Origin: Eledone cirrhosa
Taxonomy: Eukaryota
Length of the DNA: 64,000 nt
Assembly (NCBI GenBank): GCA_964016885.1
Contig: OZ024750.1
Coordinates: forward strand, 35,588,001-35,652,000
Direction: 5' to 3'
A program made the position numbers and the translations under genes. The notes beneath the pieces were generated by a model. It was not told where the DNA came from, ran no database searches, and worked only from the letters and a program-made list of their open reading frames with translations. Positions 49,901 to 64,000 of this stretch are shown here, piece after piece; position 1 is the first letter of the stretch; each line of letters starts with the position of its first letter.

Positions 49901-52900
49901 TATATGAGAGATGTTTGTGTAAACATGACATCAAATGTGTTGATAGCTGTATATATGAGAGATGAATGTGTAAACATGACATGATATGTGTTGATAGCTG
50001 TTTATATGAGACATGAATGTGTAAACATAACATGAAATGTCTTGATAGCTGTTTATATGAGAGATGTTTGTGTAAACATGACATCAAATATATTGATAGC
50101 TGTTTATATGAGAGATGTTTGTGTAAACATGACATCAAATGTGTTGATAGCTATTTATATGAGAGATGAACGTGTAAACATGACATCAAATGTGTTGATA
50201 GCTGTATATATGAGAGATGAATGTGTAAACATGACATCAAATGTGTTGATAGCTGTTTATATGAGAGATGAATGTGTAAACATGACATCAAATGTGTTGA
50301 TAGCTGTATATATGAGAGATGTTTGTGTAAACATGACATCAAATGTGTTGATAGCTGTTTATATGAGAGATGTTTGTGTAAACATGACATCAAATGTGTT
50401 GATAGCTGTTTATATGAGAGATGTTTGTGTAAACATGACATCAAATGTGTTGATAGCTGTTTATATGAGAGATGAAGTTGTAAACATGACATCAAATGTG
50501 TTGATAGCTGTTTATATGAGAGATGTTTGTGTAAACATGACATCAAATGTGTTGATAACTGTTTATATGAGAGATGTTTGTGTAAACATGACATCAAATG
50601 TGTTGATAGCTGTTTATATGAGAGATATTTGTGTAAACATGACTTCAAATGTGTTGATAGCTGTTTATATGAGAGATGAATGTGTAAACATGACATCAAA
50701 TGTATTGATAGCTGTTTATATGAGAGATGTTTGTGTAAACGTGACATCAAATGTGTTGATAGCTGTTTATATGAGAGATGAATGTGTAAACATGACATCA
50801 AATGTGTTGATACCTGTATATATGAGAGATGTTTGTGTAAACATGACATCAAATGTGTTGATAGCTGTATATATGAGAGATGTTTGTGTAAACATGACAT
50901 CAAATGTGTTGATAGCTGTTTATATGAGAGATGTTTGTGTAAACATGACATCAAATGTGTTGATAGCTGTTTATATGAGAGATGTTTGTGTAAACATGAC
51001 ATCAAATGTGTTGATAGCTGTTTATATGAGAGATGCATGTGTAAACATGACATCAAATGTATTGATAGCTGTTTATATGAGAGATGTTTGTGTAAACATG
51101 ACATCAAATGTGTTGATAGCTGTATATATGAGAGATGTTTGTGTAAACATGACATCAAATGTGTTGATAGCTGTTTATATGAGAGATGAATGTGTAAACA
51201 TGACATCAAATGTGTTGATAGCTGTATATATGAGAGATGAATGTGTAAACATGACATCAAATGTGTTGATAGCTGTTTATATGAGAGATGAATGTGTAAA
51301 CATGACATCAAATGTGTTGATAGCTGTATATATGAGAGATGTTTGTGTAAACATGACATCAAATGTGTAGATAACTGTTTATATGAGAGATGTTTGTGTA
51401 AACATGACATCAAATGTGTTGATAGCTGTTTATATGAGAGATGAATGTGTAAACATGACATCAAATGTGTTGATAGCTGTATATATGAGAGATGAATGTG
51501 TAAACATGACATCAAATGTGTTGATAGCTGTTTATATGAGAGATGTTTGTGTAAACATGACATCAAATGTGTTGATAGCTGTTTATATGAGAGATGTTTG
51601 TGTAAACATGACATCAAATGTGTTGATAGCTGTTTATATGAGAGATGTTTGTGTAAACATGACATCAAATGTGTTGATAGCTGTTTATATGAGAGATGAA
51701 TGTGTAAACATGACATCAAATGTATTGATAGCTGTTTATATGAGAGATGTTTGTGTAAACATGACATCAAATGTGTTGATAGCTGTATATATGAGAGATG
51801 TTTGTGTAAACATGACATCAAATGTGTTGATAGCTGTTTATATGAGAGATGTATGTGTAAACATGACATCAAATGTGTTGATAGCTGTATATATGAGAGA
51901 TGAATGTGTAAACATGACTTCAAATGTGTTGATAGCTGTTTATATGAGAGAAGAATGTGTAAACATGACATCAAATGTGTTGATAGCTGTATATATGAGA
52001 GATGTTTGTGTAAACATGACATCAAATGTGTTGATAACTGTTTATATGAGAGATGTTTGTGTAAACATGACATCAAATGTGTTGATAGCTGTTTATATGA
52101 GAGATGTTTGTGTAAACATGACATCAAATGTGTTGATAGCTGTTTATATGAGAGATGAATTTGTAAACATGACATCAAATGTATTGATAGCTGTTTATAT
52201 GAGAGATGTTTGTGTAAACATGACATCAAATGTGTTGATAGCTGTATATATGAGAGATGTTTGTGTAAACATGACATTAAATGTGTTGATAGCTGTATAT
52301 ATGAGAGATGAATGTGTAAACATGACATCAAATGTGTTGATAGCTGTTTATATTAGAGATGAATGTGTAAACATGACATCAAATGTGTTGATAGCTGTTT
52401 ATATGAGAGATGAATGTGTAAACATGACATCAAATGTGTTGATAGCTGTTTATATGAGAGATGAATGTGTAAACATGACATCAAATGTGTTGATAGCTGT
52501 ATATATGAGAGATGTTTGTGTAAACATGACATCAAATTTGTTGATAACTGTTTATATGAGAGATGTTTGTGTAAACATGACATCAAATGTGTTGATAGCT
52601 GTTTATATGAGAGATGTTTGTGTAAACATGACATCAAATGTGTTGATAGCTGTTTATATGAGAGATGAATTTGTAAACATGACATCAAATGTGTTGATAG
52701 CTGTTTATATGAGAGATGAATGTGTAAACATGACATCAAATGTGTTGATAGCTGTTTATATGAGAGATGTTTGTGTAAACATGACATCAAATGTGTTGAT
52801 AACTGTTTATATGAGAGATGTTTGTGTAAACATGACATCAAATATGTTGATAGCTGTTTATATGAGAGATGAATTTGTAAACATGACATCAAATGTGTTG

Positions 52901-55900
52901 ATAGCTGTTTATATGAGAGATATTTGTGTAAACATGACATCAAATGTGTTGATAGCTGTTTATATGAGAGATGAATGTGTAAACATGACATCAAATGTAT
53001 TGATAGCTGTTTATATGAGAGATGTTTGTGTAAACGTGACATCAAATGTGTTGATAGCTGTTTATATGAGAGATGAATGTGTAAACATGACATCAAATGT
53101 GTTGATACCTGTATATATGAGAGATGAATGTGTAAACATGACATCAAATGTGTGGATAGCTGTTTATATGAGAGATGTTTGTGTAAACATGACATCAAAT
53201 GTGTTGATAGCTGTTTATATGAGAGATGTTTGTGTAAACATGACATCAAATGTGTTGATAGCTGTTTATATGAGAGATGCATGTGTAAACATGACATCAA
53301 ATGTATTGATAGCTGTTTATATGAGAGATGTTTGTGTAAACATGACATCAAATGTGTTGATAGCTGTATATATGAGAGATGTTTGTGTAAACATGACATC
53401 AAATGTGTTGATAGCTGTTTATATGAGAGATGAATGTGTAAACATGACATCAAATGTGTTGATAGCTGTATATATGAGAGATGAATGTGTAAACATGACA
53501 TCAAATGTGTTGATAGCTGTTTATATGAGAGATGAATGTGTAAACATGACATCAAATGTGTTGATAGCTGTATATATGAGAGATGTTTGAGTAAACATGA
53601 CATCAAATGTGTAGATAACTGTTTATATGAGAGATGTTTGTGTAAACATGACATCAAATGTGTTGATAGCTGTTTATATGAGAGATGAATGTGTAAACAT
53701 GACATCAAATGTGTTGATAGCTGTATATATGAGAGATGAATGTGTAAACATGACATCAAATGTGTTGATAGCTGTTTATATGAGAGATGTTTGTGTAAAC
53801 ATGACATCAAATGTGTTGATAGCTGTTTATATGAGAGATGTTTGTGTAAACATGACATCAAATGTGTTGATAGCTGTTTATATGAGAGATGTTTGTGTAA
53901 ACATGACATCAAATGTGTTGATAGCTGTTTATATGAGAGATGAATGTGTAAACATGACATCAAATGTATTGATAGCTGTTTATATGAGAGATGTTTGTGT
54001 AAACATGACATCAAATGTGTTGATAGCTGTATATATGAGAGATGTTTGTGTAAACATGACATCAAATGTGTTGATAGCTGTTTATATGAGAGATGTATGT
54101 GTAAACATGACATCAAATGTGTTGATAGCTGTATATATGAGAGATGAATGTGTAAACATGACATCAAATGTGTTGATAGCTGTTTATATGAGAGAAGAAT
54201 GTGTAAACATGACATCAAATGTGTTGATAGCTGTATATATGAGAGATGTTTGTGTAAACATGACATCAAATGTGTTGATAACTGTTTATATGAGAGATGT
54301 TTGTGTAAACATGACATCAAATGTGTTGATAGCTGTTTATATGAGAGATGTTTGTGTAAACATGACATCAAATGTGTTGATAGCTGTTTATATGAGAGAT
54401 GAATTTGTAAACATGACATCAAATGTATTGATAGCTGTTTATATGAGAGATGTTTGTGTAAACATGACATCAAATGTGTTGATAGCTGTATATATGAGAG
54501 ATGTTTGTGTAAACATGACATTAAATGTGTTGATAGCTGTATATATGAGAGATGAATGTGTAAACATGACATCAAATGTGTTGATAGCTGTTTATATGAG
54601 AGATGAATGTGTAAACATGACATCAAATGTGTTGATAGCTGTTTATATGAGAGATGAATGTGTAAACATGACATCAAATGTGTTGATAGCTGTTTATATG
54701 AGAGATGAATGTGTAAACATGACATCAAATGTGTTGATAGCTGTATATATGAGAGATGTTTGTGTAAACATGACATCAAATTTGTTGATAACTGTTTATA
54801 TGAGAGATGTTTGTGTAAACATGACATCAAATGTGTTGATAGCTGTTTATATGAGAGATGTTTGTGTAAACATGACATCAAATGTGTTGATAGCTGTTTA
54901 TATGAGAGATGAATTTGTAAACATGACATCAAATGTGTTGATAGCTGTTTATATGAGAGATGAATGTGTAAACATGACATCAAATGTGTTGATAGCTGTT
55001 TATATGAGAGATGTTTGTGTAAACATGACATCAAATGTGTTGATAACTGTTTATATGAGAGATGTTTGTGTAAACATGACATCAAATATGTTGATAGCTG
55101 TTTATATGAGAGATGAATTTGTAAACATGACATCAAATGTGTTGATAGCTGTTTATATGAGAGATATTTGTGTAAACATGACATCAAATGTGTTGATAGC
55201 TGTTTATATGAGAGATGAATGTGTAAACATGACATCAAATGTATTGATAGCTGTTTATATGAGAGATGTTTGTGTAAACGTGACATCAAATGTGTTGATA
55301 GCTGTTTATATGAGAGATGAATGTGTAAACATGACATCAAATGTGTTGATACCTGTATATATGAGAGATGAATGTGTAAACATGACATCAAATGTGTGGA
55401 TAGCTGTTTATATGAGAGATGTTTGTGTAAACATGACATCAAATGTGTTGATAGCTGTTTATATGAGAGATGTTTGTGTAAACATGACATGAAATGTGTT
55501 GATAGCTGTGTATATGAGAGATGTTTGTGTAAACATGACATCAAATATGTTGATAGCTGTGTATATGAGAGAGGTTTGTGTAAACATGACATCAAATGTG
55601 TTGATAGCTGTATATATGAGAGATGAACGTATAAACATGACATGAAATGTGTTGATAGCTGTTTATATGAGACATGAATGTGTAAACATGACATGAAATG
55701 TGTTGATAGCTGTTTATATAAGAGATGTTTGTGTAAACAAGACGTCAAAGGTATTGATAGCTGTTTATATGAGAGATGTTTGTGTAAACATGACATCAAA
55801 TGTGTTGATAGCTGTTTATATGAGAGATGAATGTGTAAACATGACATCAAATGTATTGATAGCTGTTTATATGAGAGATGTTTGTGTAAACATGACACAA

Positions 55901-58900
55901 AATATGTTGATAGCTGTTTATATGAGAGGTGAACGTGTAAACATGACATCAAATGTGTTGATAGCTGTTTATATGAGAGATGAATTTGTAAACATGACAT
56001 CAAATGTGTTGATAGCTGTTTATATGAGAGATGAATGTGTAAACATGACATCAAATGTGTTGATAGCTGTTTATATGAGAGATGTTTGTGTAAACATGAC
56101 ATCAAATGTGTTGATAACTGTTTATATGAGAGATGTTTGTGTAAACATGACATCAAATGTGTTGATAGCTGTTTATATGAGAGATGAATTTGTAAACATG
56201 ACATCAAATGTGTTGATAGCTGTTTATATGAGAGATATTTGTGTAAACATGACTTCAAATGTGTTGATAGCTGTTTATATGAGAGATGAATGTGTAAACA
56301 TGACATCAAATGTATTGATAGCTGTTTATATGAGAGATGTTTGTGTAAACGTGACATCAAATTTGTTGATAGCTGTTTATATGAGAGATGAATGTGTAAA
56401 CATGACATCAAATGTGTTGATACCTGTATATATGAGAGATGTTTGTGTTAACATGACATCAAATGTGTTGATAGCTGTATATATGAGAGATGTTTGTGTA
56501 AACATGACATCAAATGTGTTGATAGCTGTTTATATGAGAGATGTTTGTGTAAACATGACATCAAATGTGTTGATAGCTGTTTATATGAGAGATGTTTGTG
56601 TAAACATGACATCAAATGTGTTGATAGCTGTTTATATGAGAGATGTTTGTGTAAACATGACATCAAATGTGTTGATAGCTGTTTATATGAGAGATGCATG
56701 TGTAAACATGACATCAAATGTATTGATAGCTGTTTATATGAGAGATGTTTGTGTAAACATGACATCAAATGTGTTGATAGCTGTATATATGAGAGATGTT
56801 TGTGTAAACATGACATCAAATGTGTTGATAGCTGTTTATATGAGAGATGAATGTGTAAACATGACATCAAATGTGTTGATAGCTGTATATATGAGAGATG
56901 AATGTGTAAACATGACATCAAATGTGTTGATAGCTGTTTATATGAGAGATGAATGTGTAAACATGACATCAAATGTGTTGATAGCTGTATATATGAGAGA
57001 TGTTTGTGTAAACATGACATCAAATGTGTTGATAGCTGTATATATGAGAGATGAACGTGTAAACATGACATGAAATGTGTTGATAGCTGTTTATATGAGA
57101 CATGAATGTGTAAACATGACATGAAATGTGTTGATAGCTGTTTATATAAGAGATGTTTGTGTAAACAAGACGTCAAAGGTATTGATAGCTGTTTATATGA
57201 GAGATGTTTGTGTAAACATGACATCAAATGTATTGATAGCTGTTTATATGAGAGATGTTTGTGTAAACATGACACAAAATATGTTGATAGCTGTTTATAT
57301 GAGAGGTGAACGTGTAAACATGACATCAAATGTGTTGATAGCTGTTTATATGAGAGATGAATTTGTAAACATGACATCAAATGTGTTGATAGCTGTTTAT
57401 ATGAGAGATGAATGTGTAAACATGACATCAAATGTGTTGATAGCTGTTTATATGAGAGATGTTTGTGTAAACATGACATCAAATGTGTTGATAACTGTTT
57501 ATATGAGAGATGTTTGTGTAAACATGACATCAAATGTGTTGATAGCTGTTTATATGAGAGATGCATGTGTAAACATAACATCAAATGTATTGATAGCTGT
57601 TTATATGAGAGATGTTTGTGTAAACATGACATCAAATATGTTGATAGCTGTATATATGAGAGATGTTTGTGTAAACATGACATTAAATGTGTTGATAGCT
57701 GTATATATGAGAGATGAATGTGTAAACATGACATCAAATGTGTTGATAGCTGTTTATATGAGAGATGAATGTGTAAATATGACATCAAATGTGTTGATAG
57801 CTGTATATATGAGAGATGTTTGTGTAAACATGACATCAAATTTGTTGATAACTGTTTATATGAGAGATGTTTGTGTAAACATGACATCAAATGTGTTGAT
57901 AGCTGTTTATATGAGAGATGTTTGTGTAAACATGACATCAAATGTGTTGATAGCTGTTTATATGAGAGATGAATTTGTAAACATGACATCAAATGTGTTG
58001 ATAGCTGTTTATATGAGAGATGAATGTGTAAACATGACATCAAATGTGTTGATAGCTGTTTATATGAGAGATGTTTGTGTAAACATGACATCAAATGTGT
58101 TGATAACTGTTTATATGAGAGATGTTTGTGTAAACATGACATCAAATATGTTGATAGCTGTTTATATGAGAGATGAATTTGTAAACATGACATCAAATGT
58201 GTTGATAGCTGTTTATATGAGAGATATTTGTGTAAACATGACATCAAATGTGTTGATAGCTGTTTATATGAGAGATGAATGTGTAAACATGACATGAAAT
58301 GTATTGATAGCTGTTTATATGAGAGATGTTTGTGTAAACGTGACATCAAATGTGTTGATAGCTGTTTATATGAGAGATGAATGTGTAAACATGACATCAA
58401 ATGTGTTGATACCTGTATATATGAGAGATGAATGTGTAAACATGACATCAAATGTGTGGATAGCTGTTTATATGAGAGATGTTTGTGTAAACATGACATC
58501 AAATGTGTTGATAGCTGTTTATATGAGAGATGTTTGTGTAAACATGACATGAAATGTGTTGATAGCTGTGTATATGAGAGATGTTTGTGTAAACATGACA
58601 TCAAATATGTTGATAGCTGTGTATATGAGAGAGGTTTGTGTAAACATGACATCAAATGTGTTGATAGCTGTATATATGAGAGATGAACGTATAAACATGA
58701 CATGAAATGTGTTGATAGCTGTTTATATGAGACATGAATGTGTAAACATGACATGAAATGTGTTGATAGCTGTTTATATAAGAGATGTTTGTGTAAACAA
58801 GACGTCAAAGGTATTGATAGCTGTTTATATGAGAGATGTTTGTGTAAACATGACATCAAATGTGTTGATAGCTGTTTATATGAGAGATGAATGTGTAAAC

Positions 58901-61900
58901 ATGACATCAAATGTATTGATAGCTGTTTATATGAGAGATGTTTGTGTAAACATGACACAAAATATGTTGATAGCTGTTTATATGAGAGGTGAACGTGTAA
59001 ACATGACATCAAATGTGTTGATAGCTGTTTATATGAGAGATGAATTTGTAAACATGACATCAAATGTGTTGATAGCTGTTTATATGAGAGATGAATGTGT
59101 AAACATGACATCAAATGTGTTGATAGCTGTTTATATGAGAGATGTTTGTGTAAACATGACATCAAATGTGTTGATAACTGTTTATATGAGAGATGTTTGT
59201 GTAAACATGACATTAAATGTGTTGATAGCTGTTTATATGAGAGATGAATTTGTAAACATGACATCAAATGTGTTGATAGCTGTTTATATGAGAGATATTT
59301 GTGTAAACATGACTTCAAATGTGTTGATAGCTGTTTATATGAGAGATGAATGTGTAAACATGACATCAAATGTATTGATAGCTGTTTATATGAGAGATGT
59401 TTGTGTAAACGTGACATCAAATGTGTTGATAGCTGTTTATATGAGAGATGAATGTGTAAACATGACATCAAATGTGTTGATACCTGTATATATGAGAGAT
59501 GTTTGTGTAAACATGACATCAAATGTGTTGATAGCTGTATATATGAGAGATGTTTGTGTAAACATGACATCAAATGTGTTGATAGCTGTTTATATGAGAG
59601 ATGTTTGTGTAAACATGACATCAAATGTGTTGATAGCTGTTTATATGAGAGATGTTTGTGTAAACATGACATCAAATGTGTTGATAGCTGTTTATATGAG
59701 AGATGCATGTGTAAACATGACATCAAATGTATTGATAGCTGTTTATATGAGAGATGTTTGTGTAAACATGACATCAAATGTGTTGATAGCTGTATATATG
59801 AGAGATGTTTGTGTAAACATGACATCAAATGTGTTGATAGCTGTTTATATGAGAGATGTTTGTGTAAACATGACATCAAATGTGTTGATAGCTGTTTATA
59901 TGAGAGATGTTTGTGTAAACATGACATCAAATGTGTTGATAGCTGTATATATGAGAGATGTTTGTGTAAACATGACATCAAATGTGTTGATAGCTGTTTA
60001 TATGAGAGATGTTTGTGTAAACATGACATCAAATGTGTTGATAGCTGTTTATATGAGAGATGAATTTGTAAACATGACATCAAATGTATTGATAGCTGTT
60101 TATATGAGAGATGTTTGTGTAAACATGACATCAAATGTGTTGATAGCTGTATATATGAGAGATGTTTGTGTAAACATGACATTAAATGTGTTGATAGCTG
60201 TATATATGAGAGATGAATGTGTAAACATGACATCAAATGTGTTGATAGCTGTTTATATGAGAGATGAATGTGTAAACATGACATCAAATGTGTTGATAGC
60301 TGTTTATATGAGAGATGAATGTGTAAACATGACATCAAATGTGTTGATAGCTGTTTATATGAGAGATGAATGTGTAAACATGACATCAAATGTGTTGATA
60401 GCTGTATATATGAGAGATGTTTGTGTAAACATGACATCAAATTTGTTGATAACTGTTTATATGAGAGATGTTTGTGTAAACATGACATCAAATGTGTTGA
60501 TAGCTGTTTATATGAGAGATGTTTGTGTAAACATGACATCAAATGTGTTGATAGCTGTTTATATGAGAGATGAATTTGTAAACATGACATCAAATGTGTT
60601 GATAGCTGTTTATATGAGAGATGAATGTGTAAACATGACATCAAATGTGTTGATAGCTGTTTATATGAGAGATGTTTGTGTAAACATGACATCAAATGTG
60701 TTGATAACTGTTTATATGAGAGATGTTTGTGTAAACATGACATCAAATATGTTGATAGCTGTTTATATGAGAGATGAATTTGTAAACATGACATCAAATG
60801 TGTTGATAGCTGTTTATATGAGAGATATTTGTGTAAACATGACATCAAATGTGTTGATAGCTGTTTATATGAGAGATGAATGTGTAAACATGACATCAAA
60901 TGTATTGATAGCTGTTTATATGAGAGATGTTTGTGTAAACGTGACATCAAATGTGTTGATAGCTGTTTATATGAGAGATGAATGTGTAAACATGACATCA
61001 AATGTGTTGATACCTGTATATATGAGAGATGAATGTGTAAACATGACATCAAATGTGTGGATAGCTGTTTATATGAGAGATGTTTGTGTAAACATGACAT
61101 CAAATGTGTTGATAGCTGTTTATATGAGAGATGTTTGTGTAAACATGACATGAAATGTGTTGATAGCTGTGTATATGAGAGATGTTTGTGTAAACATGAC
61201 ATCAAATATGTTGATAGCTGTGTATATGAGAGAGGTTTGTGTAAACATGACATCAAATGTGTTGATAGCTGTATATATGAGAGATGAACGTATAAACATG
61301 ACATGAAATGTGTTGATAGCTGTTTATATGAGACATGAATGTGTAAACATGACATGAAATGTGTTGATAGCTGTTTATATAAGAGATGTTTGTGTAAACA
61401 AGACGTCAAAGGTATTGATAGCTGTTTATATGAGAGATGTTTGTGTAAACATGACACAAAATATGTTGATAGCTGTTTATATGAGAGGTGAACGTGTAAA
61501 CATGACATCAAATGTGTTGATAGCTGTTTATATGAGAGATGAATTTGTAAACATGACATCAAATGTGTTGATAGCTGTTTATATGAGAGATGAATGTGTA
61601 AACATGACATCAAATGTGTTGATAGCTGTTTATATGAGAGATGTTTGTGTAAACATGACATCAAATGTGTTGATAACTGTTTATATGAGAGATGTTTGTG
61701 TAAACATGACATCAAATGTGTTGATAGCTGTTTATATGAGAGATGAATTTGTAAACATGACATCAAATGTGTTCATAGCTGTTTATATGAGAGATATTTG
61801 TGTAAACATGACTTCAAATGTGTTGATAGCTGTTTATATGAGAGATGAATGTGTAAACATGACATCAAATGTATTGATAGCTGTTTATATGAGAGATGTT

Positions 61901-64000
61901 TGTGTAAACGTGACATCAAATGTGTTGATAGCTGTTTATATGAGAGATGAATGTGTAAACATGACATCAAATGTGTTGATACCTGTATATATGAGAGATG
62001 TTTGTGTAAACATGACATCAAATGTGTTGATAGCTGTATATATGAGAGATGTTTGTGTAAACATGACATCAAATGTGTTGATAGCTGTTTATATGAGAGA
62101 TGTTTGTGTAAACATGACATCAAATGTGTTGATAGCTGTTTATATGAGAGATGTTTGTGTAAACATGACATCAAATGTGTTGATAGCTGTTTATATGAGA
62201 GATGTTTGTGTAAACATGACATCAAATGTGTTGATAGCTGTTTATATGAGAGATGCATGTGTAAACATGACATCAAATGTATTGATAGCTGTTTATATGA
62301 GAGATGTTTGTGTAAACATGACATCAAATGTGTTGATAGCTGTATATATGAGAGATGTTTGTGTAAACATGACATCAAATGTGTTGATAGCTGTTTATAT
62401 GAGAGATGAATGTGTAAACATGACATCAAATGTGTTGATAGCTGTATATATGAGAGATGAATGTGTAAACATGACATCAAATGTGTTGATAGCTGTTTAT
62501 ATGAGAGATGAATGTGTAAACATGACATCAAATGTGTTGATAGCTGTATATATGAGAGATGTTTGTGTAAACATGACATCAAATGTGTTGATAGCTGTAT
62601 ATATGAGAGATGAACGTGTAAACATGACATGAAATGTGTTGATAGCTGTTTATATGAGACATGAATGTGTAAACATGACATGAAATGTGTTGATAGCTGT
62701 TTATATAAGAGATGTTTGTGTAAACAAGACGTCAAAGGTATTGATAGCTGTTTATATGAGAGATGTTTGTGTAAACATGACATCAAATGTGTTGATAGCT
62801 GTTTATATGAGAGATGAATGTGTAAACATGACATCAAATGTATTGATAGCTGTTTATATGAGAGATGTTTGTGTAAACATGACACAAAATATGTTGATAG
62901 CTGTTTATATGAGAGGTGAACGTGTAAACATGACATCAAATGTGTTGATAGCTGTTTATATGAGAGATGAATTTGTAAACATGACATCAAATGTGTTGAT
63001 AGCTGTTTATATGAGAGATGAATGTGTAAACATGACATCAAATGTGTTGATAGCTGTTTATATGAGAGATGTTTGTGTAAACATGACATCAAATGTGTTG
63101 ATAACTGTTTATATGAGAGATGTTTGTGTAAACATGACATCAAATGTGTTGATAGCTGTTTATATGAGAGATGCATGTGTAAACATAACATCAAATGTAT
63201 TGATAGCTGTTTATATGAGAGATGTTTGTGTAAACATGACATCAAATATGTTGATAGCTGTATATATGAGAGATGTTTGTGTAAACATGACATTAAATGT
63301 GTTGATAGCTGTATATATGAGAGATGAATGTGTAAACATGACATCAAATGTGTTGATAGCTGTTTATATGAGAGATGAATGTGTAAACATGACATCAAAT
63401 GTGTTGATAGCTGTATATATGAGAGATGTTTGTGTAAACATGACATCAAATTTGTTGATAACTGTTTATATGAGAGATGTTTGTGTAAACATGACATCAA
63501 ATGTGTTGATAGCTGTTTATATGAGAGATGTTTGTGTAAACATGACATCAAATGTGTTGATAGCTGTTTATATGAGAGATGAATTTGTAAACATGACATC
63601 AAATGTGTTGATAGCTGTTTATATGAGAGATGAATGTGTAAACATGACATCAAATGTGTTGATAGCTGTTTATATGAGAGATGTTTGTGTAAACATGACA
63701 TCAAATGTGTTGATAACTGTTTATATGAGAGATGTTTGTGTAAACATGACATCAAATATGTTGATAGCTGTTTATATGAGAGATGAATTTGTAAACATGA
63801 CATCAAATGTGTTGATAGCTGTTTATATGAGAGATATTTGTGTAAACATGACATCAAATGTGTTGATAGCTGTTTATATGAGAGATGAATGTGTAAACAT
63901 GACATGAAATGTATTGATAGCTGTTTATATGAGAGATGTTTGTGTAAACGTGACATCAAATGTGTTGATAGCTGTTTATATGAGAGATGAATGTGTAAAC
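22962..64000. repeat. 51-bp satellite DNA array, ~800 monomers, continuing past the window end
   Basis: Consensus aaacatgacatcaaatgtgttgatagctgtttatatgagagatg(tt/aa)tgtgt, head-to-tail in one orientation, no interrupting elements seen; all ORFs here are 17-aa periodic. Confidence 0.99.

Noticed and set aside
22962-64000. CRISPR array or C2H2 zinc-finger gene cluster
   Set aside because: There are no unique spacers and no cas genes. The translations lack C-x2-C...H-x3-H spacing and TGEKP linkers, and the period is 17 aa rather than 28.

Overview
AT-rich, repeat-dominated eukaryotic (animal) DNA with no recognisable intact host gene. The SINE, RTE-LINE and MITE families resemble those of coleoid cephalopods such as Octopus; this is inferred from family resemblance and not verified. 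Bases 1-22.9 kb are a mosaic of tRNA-derived SINEs, degenerate RTE-clade LINE copies (one ~2.75 kb copy with APE, RT and a PHD-type finger), piggyBac-type and mariner-type MITEs, a Helitron-like end, hammerhead-like remnants, microsatellites, a 3.6 kb 26-bp minisatellite and a 469-bp tandem repeat folded into a ~1.2 kb spacerless palindrome. Bases 22,962-64,000 are one uninterrupted 51-bp satellite (~800 monomers, running off the window end) whose higher-order repeat period changes along the array. Nearly all long ORFs in the track are artefacts of tandem repeats. The best second-look items are: an exact 26-bp direct repeat bracketing a 4.65 kb SINE/SINE/SINE/LINE composite, the fold-back palindrome, the layered satellite organisation with dyad symmetry and forkhead-type motifs, and split hammerhead-like motifs. 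I cannot support a claim of a new protein-based system from this sequence.
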